The position numbers were made by a program, and so were the translations under genes. A DNA stretch of 64,000 nucleotides from a virus, in IMG/VR virus record IMGVR_UViG_3300029319_000007, one strand, 5' to 3'. The notes beneath the pieces were generated by a model, which worked only from the letters and a program-made list of their open reading frames with translations, was not told where the DNA came from and searched no databases. The stretch's first letter is position 1. Each line of letters opens with the position of its first letter. Of the stretch, positions 8,527 to 18,335 are shown piece by piece.

Positions 8527-8649
8527 ACATTACACTAAAACGACATGATTTGCAAGCATTATTTTTAAAAAAATGCAAATAAAAACCCTTATTTTTCAAG
8601 GGTTTAACTAGGTGCGACAATATGCACACCTAATGTTCTTACTTTGTTC
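8527..8649 (-). promoter_or_regulatory. promoter cassette copy 2 with GTTC-N7-GTTC box
   Basis: -10 TAATGT 8527-8532, -35 TTGCAA 8550-8555, GGTGCGACAATATGCACACC 8611-8630, GTTCTTACTTTGTTC 8635-8649. Confidence 0.7.
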
Positions 8650-9273
8650 TTATTTTATTGATAGATTTATCACGATTGTGACCCTTAATTCGTCACTTTC
8701 GAAGGGTGGCACTTCATGAACTAGACAAGATGGCGTAATCAGTAGATCATCTTGTTTGACACTTACCTGAAAATATGGTAATTGATAACTATGTTTCTCG
8801 TTTCGTATATCTAATTTACTATAATAATCAGGTCTTATATACTTAATACTATTTGCCCATTGATGTGAATTGTAAAATGTTGTTGTACTATGTTTCTTAG
8901 GATTAAACTTTGCATAATGAATACAAGTATAATCACTATCACCTATATGATCGTGTGCTCTCATATATTGTTGTGACTTCATTGCTGTATAATTGGCAAT
9001 AGTCCATTTATACTGACAATCTAAATCTAACTCTCTCATGAAAGTGTCGAATACTTTTTTGTATTCGGGCATGATAGGTTTATAATTTACTTCTTTAAAC
9101 TTTGGGTTGTTTCTGTCTCTATTACTGTGGTGTGTTTTACTATGTAAATAAGATTTGTTATCCCAACTATTACGACTTGAATCAATATCGTAGTTATGAT
9201 GAATATCATCTAGTATTGATTTAGGTGTCTTTACATTATATTTGTAAAAGGGTACACCAAAGATATATTTCAT
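8650..9273 (-). CDS. 2OG-Fe(II) oxygenase family protein
   Basis: HDH...CIHY, PS.L.HEV and R.TI..N motifs. Confidence 0.8.
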   Translation of the reverse strand: MKYIFGVPFYKYNVKTPKSILDDIHHNYDIDSSRNSWDNKSYLHSKTHHSNRDRNNPKFKEVNYKPIMPEYKKVFDTFMRELDLDCQYKWTIANYTAMKSQQYMRAHDHIGDSDYTCIHYAKFNPKKHSTTTFYNSHQWANSIKYIRPDYYSKLDIRNEKHSYQLPYFQVSVKQDDLLITPSCLVHEVPPFESDELRVTIVINLSIK

Positions 9274-10424
9274 CTAGTATTGCCGTAGTGTTTAATTACA
9301 CAATGTTTAGTTGCGTCTGAATGTTTCAATGTTCTATACGGATCAATAATACAACTACCTGGGTTAAACTGTGAGGGTATTAATCCTTTGTCATGTATTA
9401 GATAAGTGTATGCACCTTCATCAGGCGCTTCATCATAATATACTTTCATACTATCATCTAGATTCTGTATGTACCAACCTACTAACATAGAAGGACTACC
9501 TATTGTTTGATCAATACCAGGTTTGAATGCCTTACCTAATATTACTACAGGCATTTGATACTGCATAACATATCGTGCCATATTATATGCTTGTTGTTCT
9601 CTTACTTTCATAATACTATCAAACAAATCATAACCTAAATTTAATCTTTTTGCCATATGTCTTAATGCGATATTATCTCTAGGGTGACAAGCACCACCAT
9701 CACCAAAACCTGCCATCATATAACTAGGACCCATTATTCTTTGAGTAGAATATTTTAATGCGTCTGTGACTACATCAACATTTATGTGACCTACTTTCAT
9801 TGCGACATCTTGTATCATGTTTACTAAACATAGTTTTGCGGTGATAAAAGTATTATAGAAAACTTTTAGTGATTCTATCTCTTCCCATGTGCCTATCTCG
9901 TATCTAGCATTTTTTTCTAGTATAGGATCATATACATCTCTTAGTGTTTTAGTTTCTCTACTTTCATGACCAGAAGATGTGCCTATCATAATCATTTCAG
10001 GATTTCTCATATCCCATTTTACTGTGCCTTGTGCAATTAGATATGGGTTGTATATAAACTTACCATTCTTAATTAGAGGAACAATCTCTCGTCTTACTGT
10101 GCCAGGTAATACTGTAGATATAACTGAAATCAATGTGCCTTCGTTCACATGTTCATCTACATCTTTTACTGCTTGAATAAGATATGAATAATCAAAATCT
10201 TTTGGTTCTAAATGTGAGGTAGGTGTTTCGCCACCATACTTAGGATCATGTGGTGTTTGTACTGCAACTAATACAACATCTTTATCTTTACATGCCTCTT
10301 CTAATGTGCCTGATAAACCTTCTACATTTATATTTGGGTCATAACCCACCACATCATGTTTCTCTGATAATACTTCAGCAGCATCTCTGCCTAATTTACC
10401 TAATCCTATAAATCCTATTTTCAT
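9270..10424 (-). CDS. UDP-glucose/GDP-mannose 6-dehydrogenase family protein
   Basis: GLGKLG Rossmann motif, STVLPGT, KVFYNTF, GGACHPRD catalytic Cys, AFKPG. Confidence 0.9.
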   Translation of the reverse strand: MKIGFIGLGKLGRDAAEVLSEKHDVVGYDPNINVEGLSGTLEEACKDKDVVLVAVQTPHDPKYGGETPTSHLEPKDFDYSYLIQAVKDVDEHVNEGTLISVISTVLPGTVRREIVPLIKNGKFIYNPYLIAQGTVKWDMRNPEMIMIGTSSGHESRETKTLRDVYDPILEKNARYEIGTWEEIESLKVFYNTFITAKLCLVNMIQDVAMKVGHINVDVVTDALKYSTQRIMGPSYMMAGFGDGGACHPRDNIALRHMAKRLNLGYDLFDSIMKVREQQAYNMARYVMQYQMPVVILGKAFKPGIDQTIGSPSMLVGWYIQNLDDSMKVYYDEAPDEGAYTYLIHDKGLIPSQFNPGSCIIDPYRTLKHSDATKHCVIKHYGNTR

Positions 10425-10861
10425 ATTAACTCTCCATATTGTTTTGATTTATTATCCATTTCAATCCAACTGTCACCTGGTAATAGACATAATAATTCTT
10501 TCTTAAAATATATATTAAAGTTTGCTTTGTCTTGACTTAAAAACTTTGCACCACTATCATGTGTATCTATCGTACAACGACCATGATGAAAACCACAATA
10601 GACTAAATTTTCAAACCACATTATTCTACTTCTTATATCTTGATGACGAACAAAAGTATAGTCTTCAAATGCTTTGTGTACGCCATAAAATTCTTTTGTA
10701 CTATTAAACATACAAACAAATTTATTAGGTTTATCTTTTAAATATTCTGCTATCTTAATGGCAAAGTAATCATTAACTGTATCAACATATTTACCTTCAT
10801 GTGGTGGTGGTTGTACTCGCCAAGGATCAAATATTAAGTAAGCAGTTTTGTTTTCGTTCAT
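10421..10861 (-). CDS. putative isochorismatase/nicotinamidase-like cysteine hydrolase
   Basis: AYLIFD (Asp) and LVYCGFHHGRC (Cys) resemble the family motifs; short and divergent. Confidence 0.45.
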   Translation of the reverse strand: MNENKTAYLIFDPWRVQPPPHEGKYVDTVNDYFAIKIAEYLKDKPNKFVCMFNSTKEFYGVHKAFEDYTFVRHQDIRSRIMWFENLVYCGFHHGRCTIDTHDSGAKFLSQDKANFNIYFKKELLCLLPGDSWIEMDNKSKQYGELI

Positions 10862-11637
10862 CTAAACTTTTGCATATCACATACAGGTATTGGGTTCATT
10901 TTATGCATATTTTGTTTTCTCATTTTTTTGTATGTTTCTAATTTATGCAAATCTTTTTTTACTGTGACAATGGTACCCATTTCATCTTGTTTCATACACT
11001 TTTCTAAATCATCATAAGTCATACCTATCTGATCTTCGTCTGTTCTACCATCATCCCATAAACCATCTGTAGGTGGTGCGTCTTGTATGTCTTCTAATAT
11101 ATTTAAATAACTTGCCATTTTATATACTTCACTTTTCATACAATCTGCAATAGGTGATATATCAACACCACCATCGCCATACTTAGTGTAAAATCCTACA
11201 CCAAAGTCTTCTACTTTATTACCTGTGCCTACAACTAAACCATTTTCTGATGTTGCAACTTGATATAACATCATCATTCTTAATCTACTACGACTATTAG
11301 CAAAAGCATGTTCACTATCTGCACCTAGATATCTTGACGCATTTTCAAACTCATGAAATATTTTTTCTAGATTGATAATTCTACGACTTACATTTTCAAA
11401 GTTTTCTTCTAACCACCATGCATGTTCTAACGCTAACATGTCTTTATTTTTTATAGTCATAACAATTGGTATTGTTCTTATACCTGTTTTTGCTGATAGT
11501 GTGGAAACAACGCTACTGTCAATACCACCTGACACACCCATAACTAAACATTTTTTATTATGTTGTTCAGCGTAGTCTGTAATCCAATCTACTATATGTT
11601 CAACTTTCTCTTTCATCTTCATACCTTTCTGCAACAA
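10858..11637 (-). CDS. nadE: NH3-dependent NAD+ synthetase
   Basis: GVSGGIDS, RSRLRM, GTGNKVE, GFYTKYGDGGVD, PTDGLW and TDEDQIG motifs. Confidence 0.92.
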   Translation of the reverse strand: MLQKGMKMKEKVEHIVDWITDYAEQHNKKCLVMGVSGGIDSSVVSTLSAKTGIRTIPIVMTIKNKDMLALEHAWWLEENFENVSRRIINLEKIFHEFENASRYLGADSEHAFANSRSRLRMMMLYQVATSENGLVVGTGNKVEDFGVGFYTKYGDGGVDISPIADCMKSEVYKMASYLNILEDIQDAPPTDGLWDDGRTDEDQIGMTYDDLEKCMKQDEMGTIVTVKKDLHKLETYKKMRKQNMHKMNPIPVCDMQKFR

Positions 11638-12274
11638 TTAAACAGTTACCATGATTATCAACTTTTTGCCAGTTCTTTTTAAATGGACCCATATCTCTTG
11701 TAGATATGTTAACATGAAAACCTGCACCTTCAAATCTATCATGCCACCATAAAACATCTTCTCTTATAAAATGAGATTTATCATGTTCATAACTTTCTAT
11801 AATATATTTTTCACCATCACCTAGTGGTATCATTGCCATAATTTTTTTACCACCTTTTCGTAATACTTTTAATTGTTCATCTATTTTATCATAAGGTATA
11901 TGTTCTAAAATATCTTTACATAATATCCAGTCATAACCACCTTTTGCACATACTAAAGGTTCTTGTGGTTTTATAACACCACACCACTTTCTAGTATTTT
12001 CTTCTATTTGACTTACTGCATATTCTGATACATCAACACCGTATGCTTTATATCCTAATAATCTTAAACCTTTTACAGTAAAACCTTTTGCACAACCAAA
12101 GTCTAATACTTTATCATCATCACCTAAATTCATATATCTTGCGATATGATGACACATTGGTATTGTAAGTTCAGGCATCCATCTATAATGTGAATACAAA
12201 GACTTACCTGTCTCTGCACCTCTCTCGTAATAGTCTTCGTTAAAATATTCGTTTTCGTTAAATAAAGTTTTCAT
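11600..12274 (-). CDS. class I SAM-dependent methyltransferase
   Basis: VLDFGCAKG, GVDVS and DILEH motifs. Confidence 0.85.
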   Translation of the reverse strand: MKTLFNENEYFNEDYYERGAETGKSLYSHYRWMPELTIPMCHHIARYMNLGDDDKVLDFGCAKGFTVKGLRLLGYKAYGVDVSEYAVSQIEENTRKWCGVIKPQEPLVCAKGGYDWILCKDILEHIPYDKIDEQLKVLRKGGKKIMAMIPLGDGEKYIIESYEHDKSHFIREDVLWWHDRFEGAGFHVNISTRDMGPFKKNWQKVDNHGNCLIVAERYEDERES

Positions 12275-13619
12275 GTTCTAAAGGTTCCTTAAATTCTTCA
12301 AATCTATTTACTTTGCCTGCTAAAAAATCATCTATCATATTTACATTGTTTGTAAATACACAACCTGCACAATCTTTTTTTGCGTCAAATTTTTGTTTTA
12401 CTTTCTTATCAAGATAATCTAATATATCACTCGCATGACATAACTGATAACTTTCATGAAAGTGTTCATAGTTATCGTTTAATACTACACTATCACAAGG
12501 ATAAACTGTGCCAGGTTTACCTGTTTCTTTATGTATCTCCTCAGATAGATAAGGTCTAAAATAACTTTGATGACAAGTAGAAGTTTGTGGTGCACCATGT
12601 ATTTTATATTGATGAAAAAATCTTTTATCTTTTACTTGTGCTAAAACATTATCTAAACTTCTATGTTGTCGTATTAAATTTTCTTGTTGTAGTAAACAGT
12701 TAGGTAATAATCGTATATATTTACTACCACAAGCGTCTGCCACTTTAGATACTTTTTCTAATAGACCAACTCTGTCTGCCATTACTTCGTCTGACGCTTC
12801 ATGTTCTACTGTATAAACCATAGAATTACCTATTGTAGTTTTAGACATATCAAATTTTTCTAAAGGTAAACCTATTCTGTTTTCCCAATCAAAAAATACA
12901 TTAATAGATATTCTAACCCATGTAAACATTTTACATACATCTTCATCAACTCTTTTCCAATATGCTTTACTACCATTACTAATTAATGCAACTTGTAAAC
13001 CCTCATTATATAACCATCTAACTAATTCATTAAAATGTTTGTAGGCAGTAGGTTCACCGCCACCGGTTAATATTACTGCCTTCAATCCTCTCGTCTTTAA
13101 TTTTGTCACATAATCTTTAATTGTATCCATATCAATACGACTATGTGTATCTCTGTATGTCACACTACAATATGGACATTTTAAATTACATGCACCTTCT
13201 GGACTTATGTGTGTGCTAATAACTGTGTTAGGGTCACCTTTCATATAGTTCATCATTGATTCTTGATGACGCCACCACTTAATACCGGTAGATGTAAATT
13301 TATGTTCTTCTTCGCTAGGTTCGTGTTCTAATTCTGTTTCTCTAGGTGTTTCATCATAGAAAATATAGATATTACTATACTTCATACCTTTTTCTACACG
13401 ATCTAATATTTCATTACCTTTTTCTAATGTGATAGGTTTTAAATGTGAAACATCATTGTTATCAATGTATTCATAGTTCTTAACAAAGTTTTTTACTTTG
13501 CCACGAGCAGCATGTCTATACATGATATATTCATCTTCTTTTTTATAAAGACCTATTTCGAAACCTTCTCCGTGATGTACTCTGATAGGTTCGTAATCTT
13601 TTATTCTTGGGAGACCCAT
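12258..13619 (-). CDS. radical SAM protein with C-terminal SPASM/twitch-like cysteines
   Basis: CNLKCPYC, TGGGEP, then CHQ...YPCD...CAGC. Confidence 0.88.
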   Translation of the reverse strand: MGLPRIKDYEPIRVHHGEGFEIGLYKKEDEYIMYRHAARGKVKNFVKNYEYIDNNDVSHLKPITLEKGNEILDRVEKGMKYSNIYIFYDETPRETELEHEPSEEEHKFTSTGIKWWRHQESMMNYMKGDPNTVISTHISPEGACNLKCPYCSVTYRDTHSRIDMDTIKDYVTKLKTRGLKAVILTGGGEPTAYKHFNELVRWLYNEGLQVALISNGSKAYWKRVDEDVCKMFTWVRISINVFFDWENRIGLPLEKFDMSKTTIGNSMVYTVEHEASDEVMADRVGLLEKVSKVADACGSKYIRLLPNCLLQQENLIRQHRSLDNVLAQVKDKRFFHQYKIHGAPQTSTCHQSYFRPYLSEEIHKETGKPGTVYPCDSVVLNDNYEHFHESYQLCHASDILDYLDKKVKQKFDAKKDCAGCVFTNNVNMIDDFLAGKVNRFEEFKEPLEHENFI

Positions 13620-14335
13620 GGTAATGCTTTCTTTATAAGATGTCTATGCTTTTCTGATATTTCTAAATCAGTAGTTTCTGGTGTCCAGTTTAACCACTTT
13701 TCTTCGTACCAGTCTTTGGCAGGTAAACTATCTTTGTAATATTTAGACGACTGAATTGCCACTTCATGTTTGTACTTCATTACTTCAGGTGACAAACAAA
13801 AACCATAATTATAACATTTTAGTTTAGGATGTATATTTCTTCTTTCAAAACAACCTTTACCTGTTTTTTCAGGTGACTTATTCCATAATGTGGGTCCTGG
13901 TCTTGGTTGTTCTCTAGGTACATAATACTTATCACTTTTCCAAAACTCTATCTGATCAAAACAAATCTCATCATCTTTTAGTTTCCACACTTCATTCAAA
14001 GTCCCATGGTCCCAAACCATATCAGGTTCCATCATTAATACTTGATCAGGTTTAGGATAGTATTGGCATACCTCATCATACATTTTTTTAAATTGATTTT
14101 CAGGTAAATCATATTCTCTTTCAAATACTGAAACTTTATTATTACCCCAATCATCATACTTTTTACAAAACTCTTTTACATTTTCATTTAGTGGTGGTAA
14201 GTTTTTACATTCTTTGTACCATGGTTCTTTAGACCAAAAGACAAATATTTTATCTACATGTAAATATAAACTTTCAATTGACTTACCTAAAAAATCTAAA
14301 CCGTAATGTATTCTATAAAGCGCTATTCTTCTCAT
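13601..14335 (-). CDS. putative glycosyltransferase (GT-A fold)
   Basis: N-terminus resembles GT2; EPD at the DxD position; cluster context. Confidence 0.5.
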   Translation of the reverse strand: MRRIALYRIHYGLDFLGKSIESLYLHVDKIFVFWSKEPWYKECKNLPPLNENVKEFCKKYDDWGNNKVSVFEREYDLPENQFKKMYDEVCQYYPKPDQVLMMEPDMVWDHGTLNEVWKLKDDEICFDQIEFWKSDKYYVPREQPRPGPTLWNKSPEKTGKGCFERRNIHPKLKCYNYGFCLSPEVMKYKHEVAIQSSKYYKDSLPAKDWYEEKWLNWTPETTDLEISEKHRHLIKKALPWVSQE

Positions 14336-15411
14336 AAAGGATAATCTTTTTTGTTAATGTAAGTTTTTTGTATAAACATATCTAAATCATCATCTTTGAT
14401 AGCATATGCACCTATCATATCAATATTATTATCAATACAATACCACACTCTTTGATTACCTCTTAATACTCTATAATCTGAAGCACAAACAATAATAGGA
14501 TATTTCATACCATGTTTATCTATTGATTCACAAAGTTTTTTATATTGTTCAACTTGCCATGGGTGTGGGTCTTCTTTTAATTTGTGTGCTGCTGGTGCCC
14601 ACTCTTTTTCTAATATTTTTACATCATAGAAAGTAAAATTTTCTTTTAATTCTTCATCAATGATTTGTGGGTATAATTTTGTTGCTTTACCTATATCAAT
14701 CAATCGTCTTAATTTATCTCGATCATCTTGTCTTGTTGCTCTAGTCTTATTAAATATAACTTGATCCATTTGATACAGATTACCTTTTTCTTGTGTTCTA
14801 TTACGAGCATATGTATCGTCCATTTCTGATTTACCTGTACTAAAATGTAAATGTTCTGCTTTGATGAAAGGTATATAATGACATCTATCTAACATCTTAC
14901 CAACTTCAAATATCCAAGTATCATTATAACCAAAATTAAAACACCCTGGCGTAAATCTTCTTAGACATTCATACCATTGTCTACTTACAATAGGAAAAGC
15001 ACAATGTTTTTCGAAATTAATATTGTCATTCATCCATGCAACATAAATGTTATCATCTTTGTATATGTTCAGTTCTTGGTCAAGTTTTTCATCCCAACCA
15101 TCTGTTTGATAAACTAAATCATCATTACCCATAATCAACACATCACCTATACATTCTGCCGCTAAATCATTCCATGATATAGAAACACTTTTAGGTTCAC
15201 CATATATAAATTTTATATTTTTAAAACCTTCGTATTCTTTTTGAGCGTGCCAATCTAATGATTTATAAGTTGTTATTGCTGGGTCATCATTGTCAACATA
15301 GAATAACATTTCTACATTTTTTCTCGTTCTGGTACTATTATAAACTGACTTAATAAATCTTTCACAATTGTTAGGTCTATTTCTTGTTGGTGTTAATATT
15401 GATTTTATCAT
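14332..15411 (-). CDS. GT2 glycosyltransferase fused to C-terminal ParB/Srx-like domain
   Basis: SILTPTRNRP, VDNDD, GNDD and EHLH motifs; C-terminal LCESIDKHGMKYPIIV...VLRGNQR. Confidence 0.75.
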   Translation of the reverse strand: MIKSILTPTRNRPNNCERFIKSVYNSTRTRKNVEMLFYVDNDDPAITTYKSLDWHAQKEYEGFKNIKFIYGEPKSVSISWNDLAAECIGDVLIMGNDDLVYQTDGWDEKLDQELNIYKDDNIYVAWMNDNINFEKHCAFPIVSRQWYECLRRFTPGCFNFGYNDTWIFEVGKMLDRCHYIPFIKAEHLHFSTGKSEMDDTYARNRTQEKGNLYQMDQVIFNKTRATRQDDRDKLRRLIDIGKATKLYPQIIDEELKENFTFYDVKILEKEWAPAAHKLKEDPHPWQVEQYKKLCESIDKHGMKYPIIVCASDYRVLRGNQRVWYCIDNNIDMIGAYAIKDDDLDMFIQKTYINKKDYPL

Positions 15412-16031
15412 TTCATTAAGTTCTTTCTTATATGTTCTCTGCCCACAGGTCCTGTCCAATGTATGACTTTTTTTGTAGGACTATCTTTACCTTGATTTAG
15501 TGATATTCTTAACCATTGATATTCTTGTGGTAATTCTTGTATTTCTTCGTGTGTGTTATTACCTATTAATGATTCTAATGCTTCTTGATCGCCTCTGATA
15601 CCATCATTTGCATTTAGTCTAACATTCCAATCATATAATAATTTAGGTCTGTCATTAACAACTATTACACCTGTTGCCCACCAATTACCTCTAACCCAAT
15701 CTCTCGTTAAACCTATCATATCAGGTGGTACTAAATTAAATATATCAGATATATCTGTTAATATTTCACAATCAACATCTAACCATGCAACTCTTTTTTC
15801 AGGTGCTTCTATAACTGCATGTAATTTATAGAACCAACCAGATGATGTATTTTTAGGTAAAGGTAATGATAACCACACATTAGGATAATGTATTTTTATA
15901 AACTCTCTTTTTGCTGTTGACATACCAAAGTCCCAAACACCTATAGTTTCGTTTTTAATATGTGTTGTTGCATTTCTTAACCACCAACTAATTAAGTCTT
16001 CGTGATTACTGTCAACTCCCGTTAGTATCAT
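15408..16031 (-). CDS. GT8-like nucleotide-diphospho-sugar transferase
   Basis: WLDVD (DxD), TGVIV, GDQEAL, LPQEYQ and IHWTG motifs. Confidence 0.8.
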   Translation of the reverse strand: MILTGVDSNHEDLISWWLRNATTHIKNETIGVWDFGMSTAKREFIKIHYPNVWLSLPLPKNTSSGWFYKLHAVIEAPEKRVAWLDVDCEILTDISDIFNLVPPDMIGLTRDWVRGNWWATGVIVVNDRPKLLYDWNVRLNANDGIRGDQEALESLIGNNTHEEIQELPQEYQWLRISLNQGKDSPTKKVIHWTGPVGREHIRKNLMK

Positions 16032-16371
16032 TCGTCCAATCCTTATATATTTGTACAAAGTGTTCAGCGTCAACAACTATTAATGGTTTATGATTATTTT
16101 TTTTCATGACTACAATGGGTTCATGATCTTTTGAATTTTCTTTTGCTTGTTTGTACGCTTCCCATACATTTAATTTTTCAACATTTTTACACTCTATACT
16201 GTATGGAAAATTTAGTCTTGCTGCTCTGGCCATGATTAAGTCTTCACCACCAGCACCCATTGATCTGGATTCAATATCTTCAGGATGAACCCCTAATTTT
16301 TCAATTAGTAGATCCCGAAACCATTGTTGTAGTCTTCTACCCTTCGCTTTCGCTGATTGTGTCTTCATCAT
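16012..16371 (-). CDS. PD-(D/E)xK nuclease / Holliday-junction-resolvase-like protein
   Basis: SAKAKGRRLQ, GEDL and SIECKN motifs. Confidence 0.75.
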   Translation of the reverse strand: MMKTQSAKAKGRRLQQWFRDLLIEKLGVHPEDIESRSMGAGGEDLIMARAARLNFPYSIECKNVEKLNVWEAYKQAKENSKDHEPIVVMKKNNHKPLIVVDAEHFVQIYKDWTNDTNGS

Positions 16372-16489
16372 CTATTTCCCACTCGCCATCATTATGTAAT
16401 GCTTCACCACAACATGGGCAAAATTTTACAGGCAATTCATTTAGTATTTTTATTTTAAACTCTGCTTCGCATTGTTCACAAATTATCAT
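16337..16489 (-). CDS. small zinc-ribbon protein (50 aa)
   Basis: Hand-translated MIICEQCEAEF...FCPCCGE; follows nrdB. Confidence 0.65.
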   Translation of the reverse strand: MIICEQCEAEFKIKILNELPVKFCPCCGEALHNDGEWEIDDEDTISESEG

Positions 16490-17592
16490 AAAGCAAATCC
16501 TTTGAAACTATCTTTATCGACATCTTGTTTTATTCCTCCTACCACATAACTTTCTATTTCAGTTTCTTGTGGTGCGTTTTGAAGTCCTCTACTATTTAAC
16601 CAATGTTCAGTCCATGGTAAAGGATTCTGATTAGCAGGTTGGTCATACAAAGGTTCTAATCCTATTGCTTTCATTCTTTTGTTTGCAATAAATTCAACAT
16701 AGTTATGTAGTAGTTTATCATTAAGACCAATCATAGAACCGTCTTTAAACAAATACTCTGCCCATCTTTTTTCTTGATGTACTGCGTCTTTATACATTTG
16801 AATTACATTGCCTTCTTCCTCTTTAATTACTTCTAACATTTCTTTATCGTTTTCTTTATTCTTATAATTTTTAATTATATGTTGCGATACTGCTAAATGT
16901 TGACTTTCGTCACGAGCAATAAGAGATATAATTTTTGCACTACCTTCCATTAATTTTAATTCACCAAACGCAAACGAACAAGCGAATGATACATAAAAGC
17001 GAACACCTTCTAATATGTTCACATTTACTAAAGCACGCCACAGTTTTCTTTTTAGTTCTTTTGTAGAACCTTTATTATCTAATAACCATTTTTGACCTGA
17101 ATTAATTAAGTCATCATAAGTTTTAGTCACCGCTTCTGCTCTTTCTGTAATATACTCATCTGTTAATATTTTATCAAAAACATCAGCAGGATTAGAATAT
17201 ACATTTTTAATTATATATGTATATGATCTAGAATGAATACTTTCCATAAAATCCCAAGTTAAGATACAACCTTCAAGTTCTGGTAATGAGCAAAATGGCA
17301 AAAATGCTAAACACGGACCACGACCTTGAACGCTGTCTAATAATGTTTGATATCTAAGATTACTTGTAAAAATATGTTTCTGTTCTGGTCTTAATTCTTG
17401 CCAGTCATTTCTATCTTTTTGTAATGAGACTTCTTGTGGTCTCCAGAATAATCCTAATTGATGATCATTTAATTTATCAAAGATAGGATACTTAAATGTA
17501 TCAAACCTTTGTACTGCATTATCTTCACCAAAAAACATTGGTTGTTTTGTGAAATCTACACTTGCGTCTTTATTGTAAACACTCTTTGCCAT
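16486..17592 (-). CDS. nrdB: class Ia ribonucleotide reductase beta subunit
   Basis: FWRPQEV, ESIHSRSY, LEGVRFYVSF, RDESQH and APQETEIESY motifs. Confidence 0.96.
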   Translation of the reverse strand: MAKSVYNKDASVDFTKQPMFFGEDNAVQRFDTFKYPIFDKLNDHQLGLFWRPQEVSLQKDRNDWQELRPEQKHIFTSNLRYQTLLDSVQGRGPCLAFLPFCSLPELEGCILTWDFMESIHSRSYTYIIKNVYSNPADVFDKILTDEYITERAEAVTKTYDDLINSGQKWLLDNKGSTKELKRKLWRALVNVNILEGVRFYVSFACSFAFGELKLMEGSAKIISLIARDESQHLAVSQHIIKNYKNKENDKEMLEVIKEEEGNVIQMYKDAVHQEKRWAEYLFKDGSMIGLNDKLLHNYVEFIANKRMKAIGLEPLYDQPANQNPLPWTEHWLNSRGLQNAPQETEIESYVVGGIKQDVDKDSFKGFAL

Positions 17593-17597
17593 TTTTT

Positions 17598-18335
17598 CTA
17601 TTTCTCCTTGTAATAATCTTTATGTCTGTAATATAAGTCTTTCAAACTTTCTACTTTACTGTCTTTGTCTAGTAAACTTCTAAACAACTCTTTATTCTTA
17701 CTCCATTCTCTGCCAGTCCACCATTCAAATCCGTTATAGTGAGACTTATATTCACATACATTTTCATATGCATATGAAGAATAATAGTATTTAAATCCTA
17801 GTTGTTGATACAATGTACACTCAAAATTTTGTGCAACTGTACCTAAACTTAATTCAGGATTTTCATAATCCCAAGCAAACTCACCTGCGACTATTGAATT
17901 TTTAAATCTAGTTAACTGTGTGTAAGCGACTATTTTGTCGTTATGCATATAAACAAAATAATCTTTATTACCATACTCTCTATCAACTAATTCACTACCA
18001 TGATCATCATATTTTTTGTACTCACAATACTTTTTAAATATGACATCACACTCTTTCTGATAAGGGTTATTATCAGGATAATACCCACCAGTAATCTCTC
18101 TTTTATTATACTGTCTATGTTTCTTTTTTAAAGTATAATCTTCTAAATCAATTCTTGTTGTTCTCGCTTGTATCCATAACTGTTTATCTGTTCGATAAAA
18201 AAAGGCATCCATAGGTGTCCAACCTAATGATAATGCCTGATCTTCTTCTCCTTTGTCAACTTCTGCTAATGCAAGTCCGTATATTATGTCATACTTCGTT
18301 GTATTACCATAGATATGGTCATAAAATATTTTCAC
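17598..18335 (-). CDS. ATE1/Bpt-like aminoacyl-tRNA-dependent transferase (GNAT fold)
   Basis: L.LGW, RID, FKKY, AWDY..P.LSLG and G.KYYY..Y.....YK motifs resemble the ATE domains. Confidence 0.65.
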   Translation of the reverse strand: MKIFYDHIYGNTTKYDIIYGLALAEVDKGEEDQALSLGWTPMDAFFYRTDKQLWIQARTTRIDLEDYTLKKKHRQYNKREITGGYYPDNNPYQKECDVIFKKYCEYKKYDDHGSELVDREYGNKDYFVYMHNDKIVAYTQLTRFKNSIVAGEFAWDYENPELSLGTVAQNFECTLYQQLGFKYYYSSYAYENVCEYKSHYNGFEWWTGREWSKNKELFRSLLDKDSKVESLKDLYYRHKDYYKEK

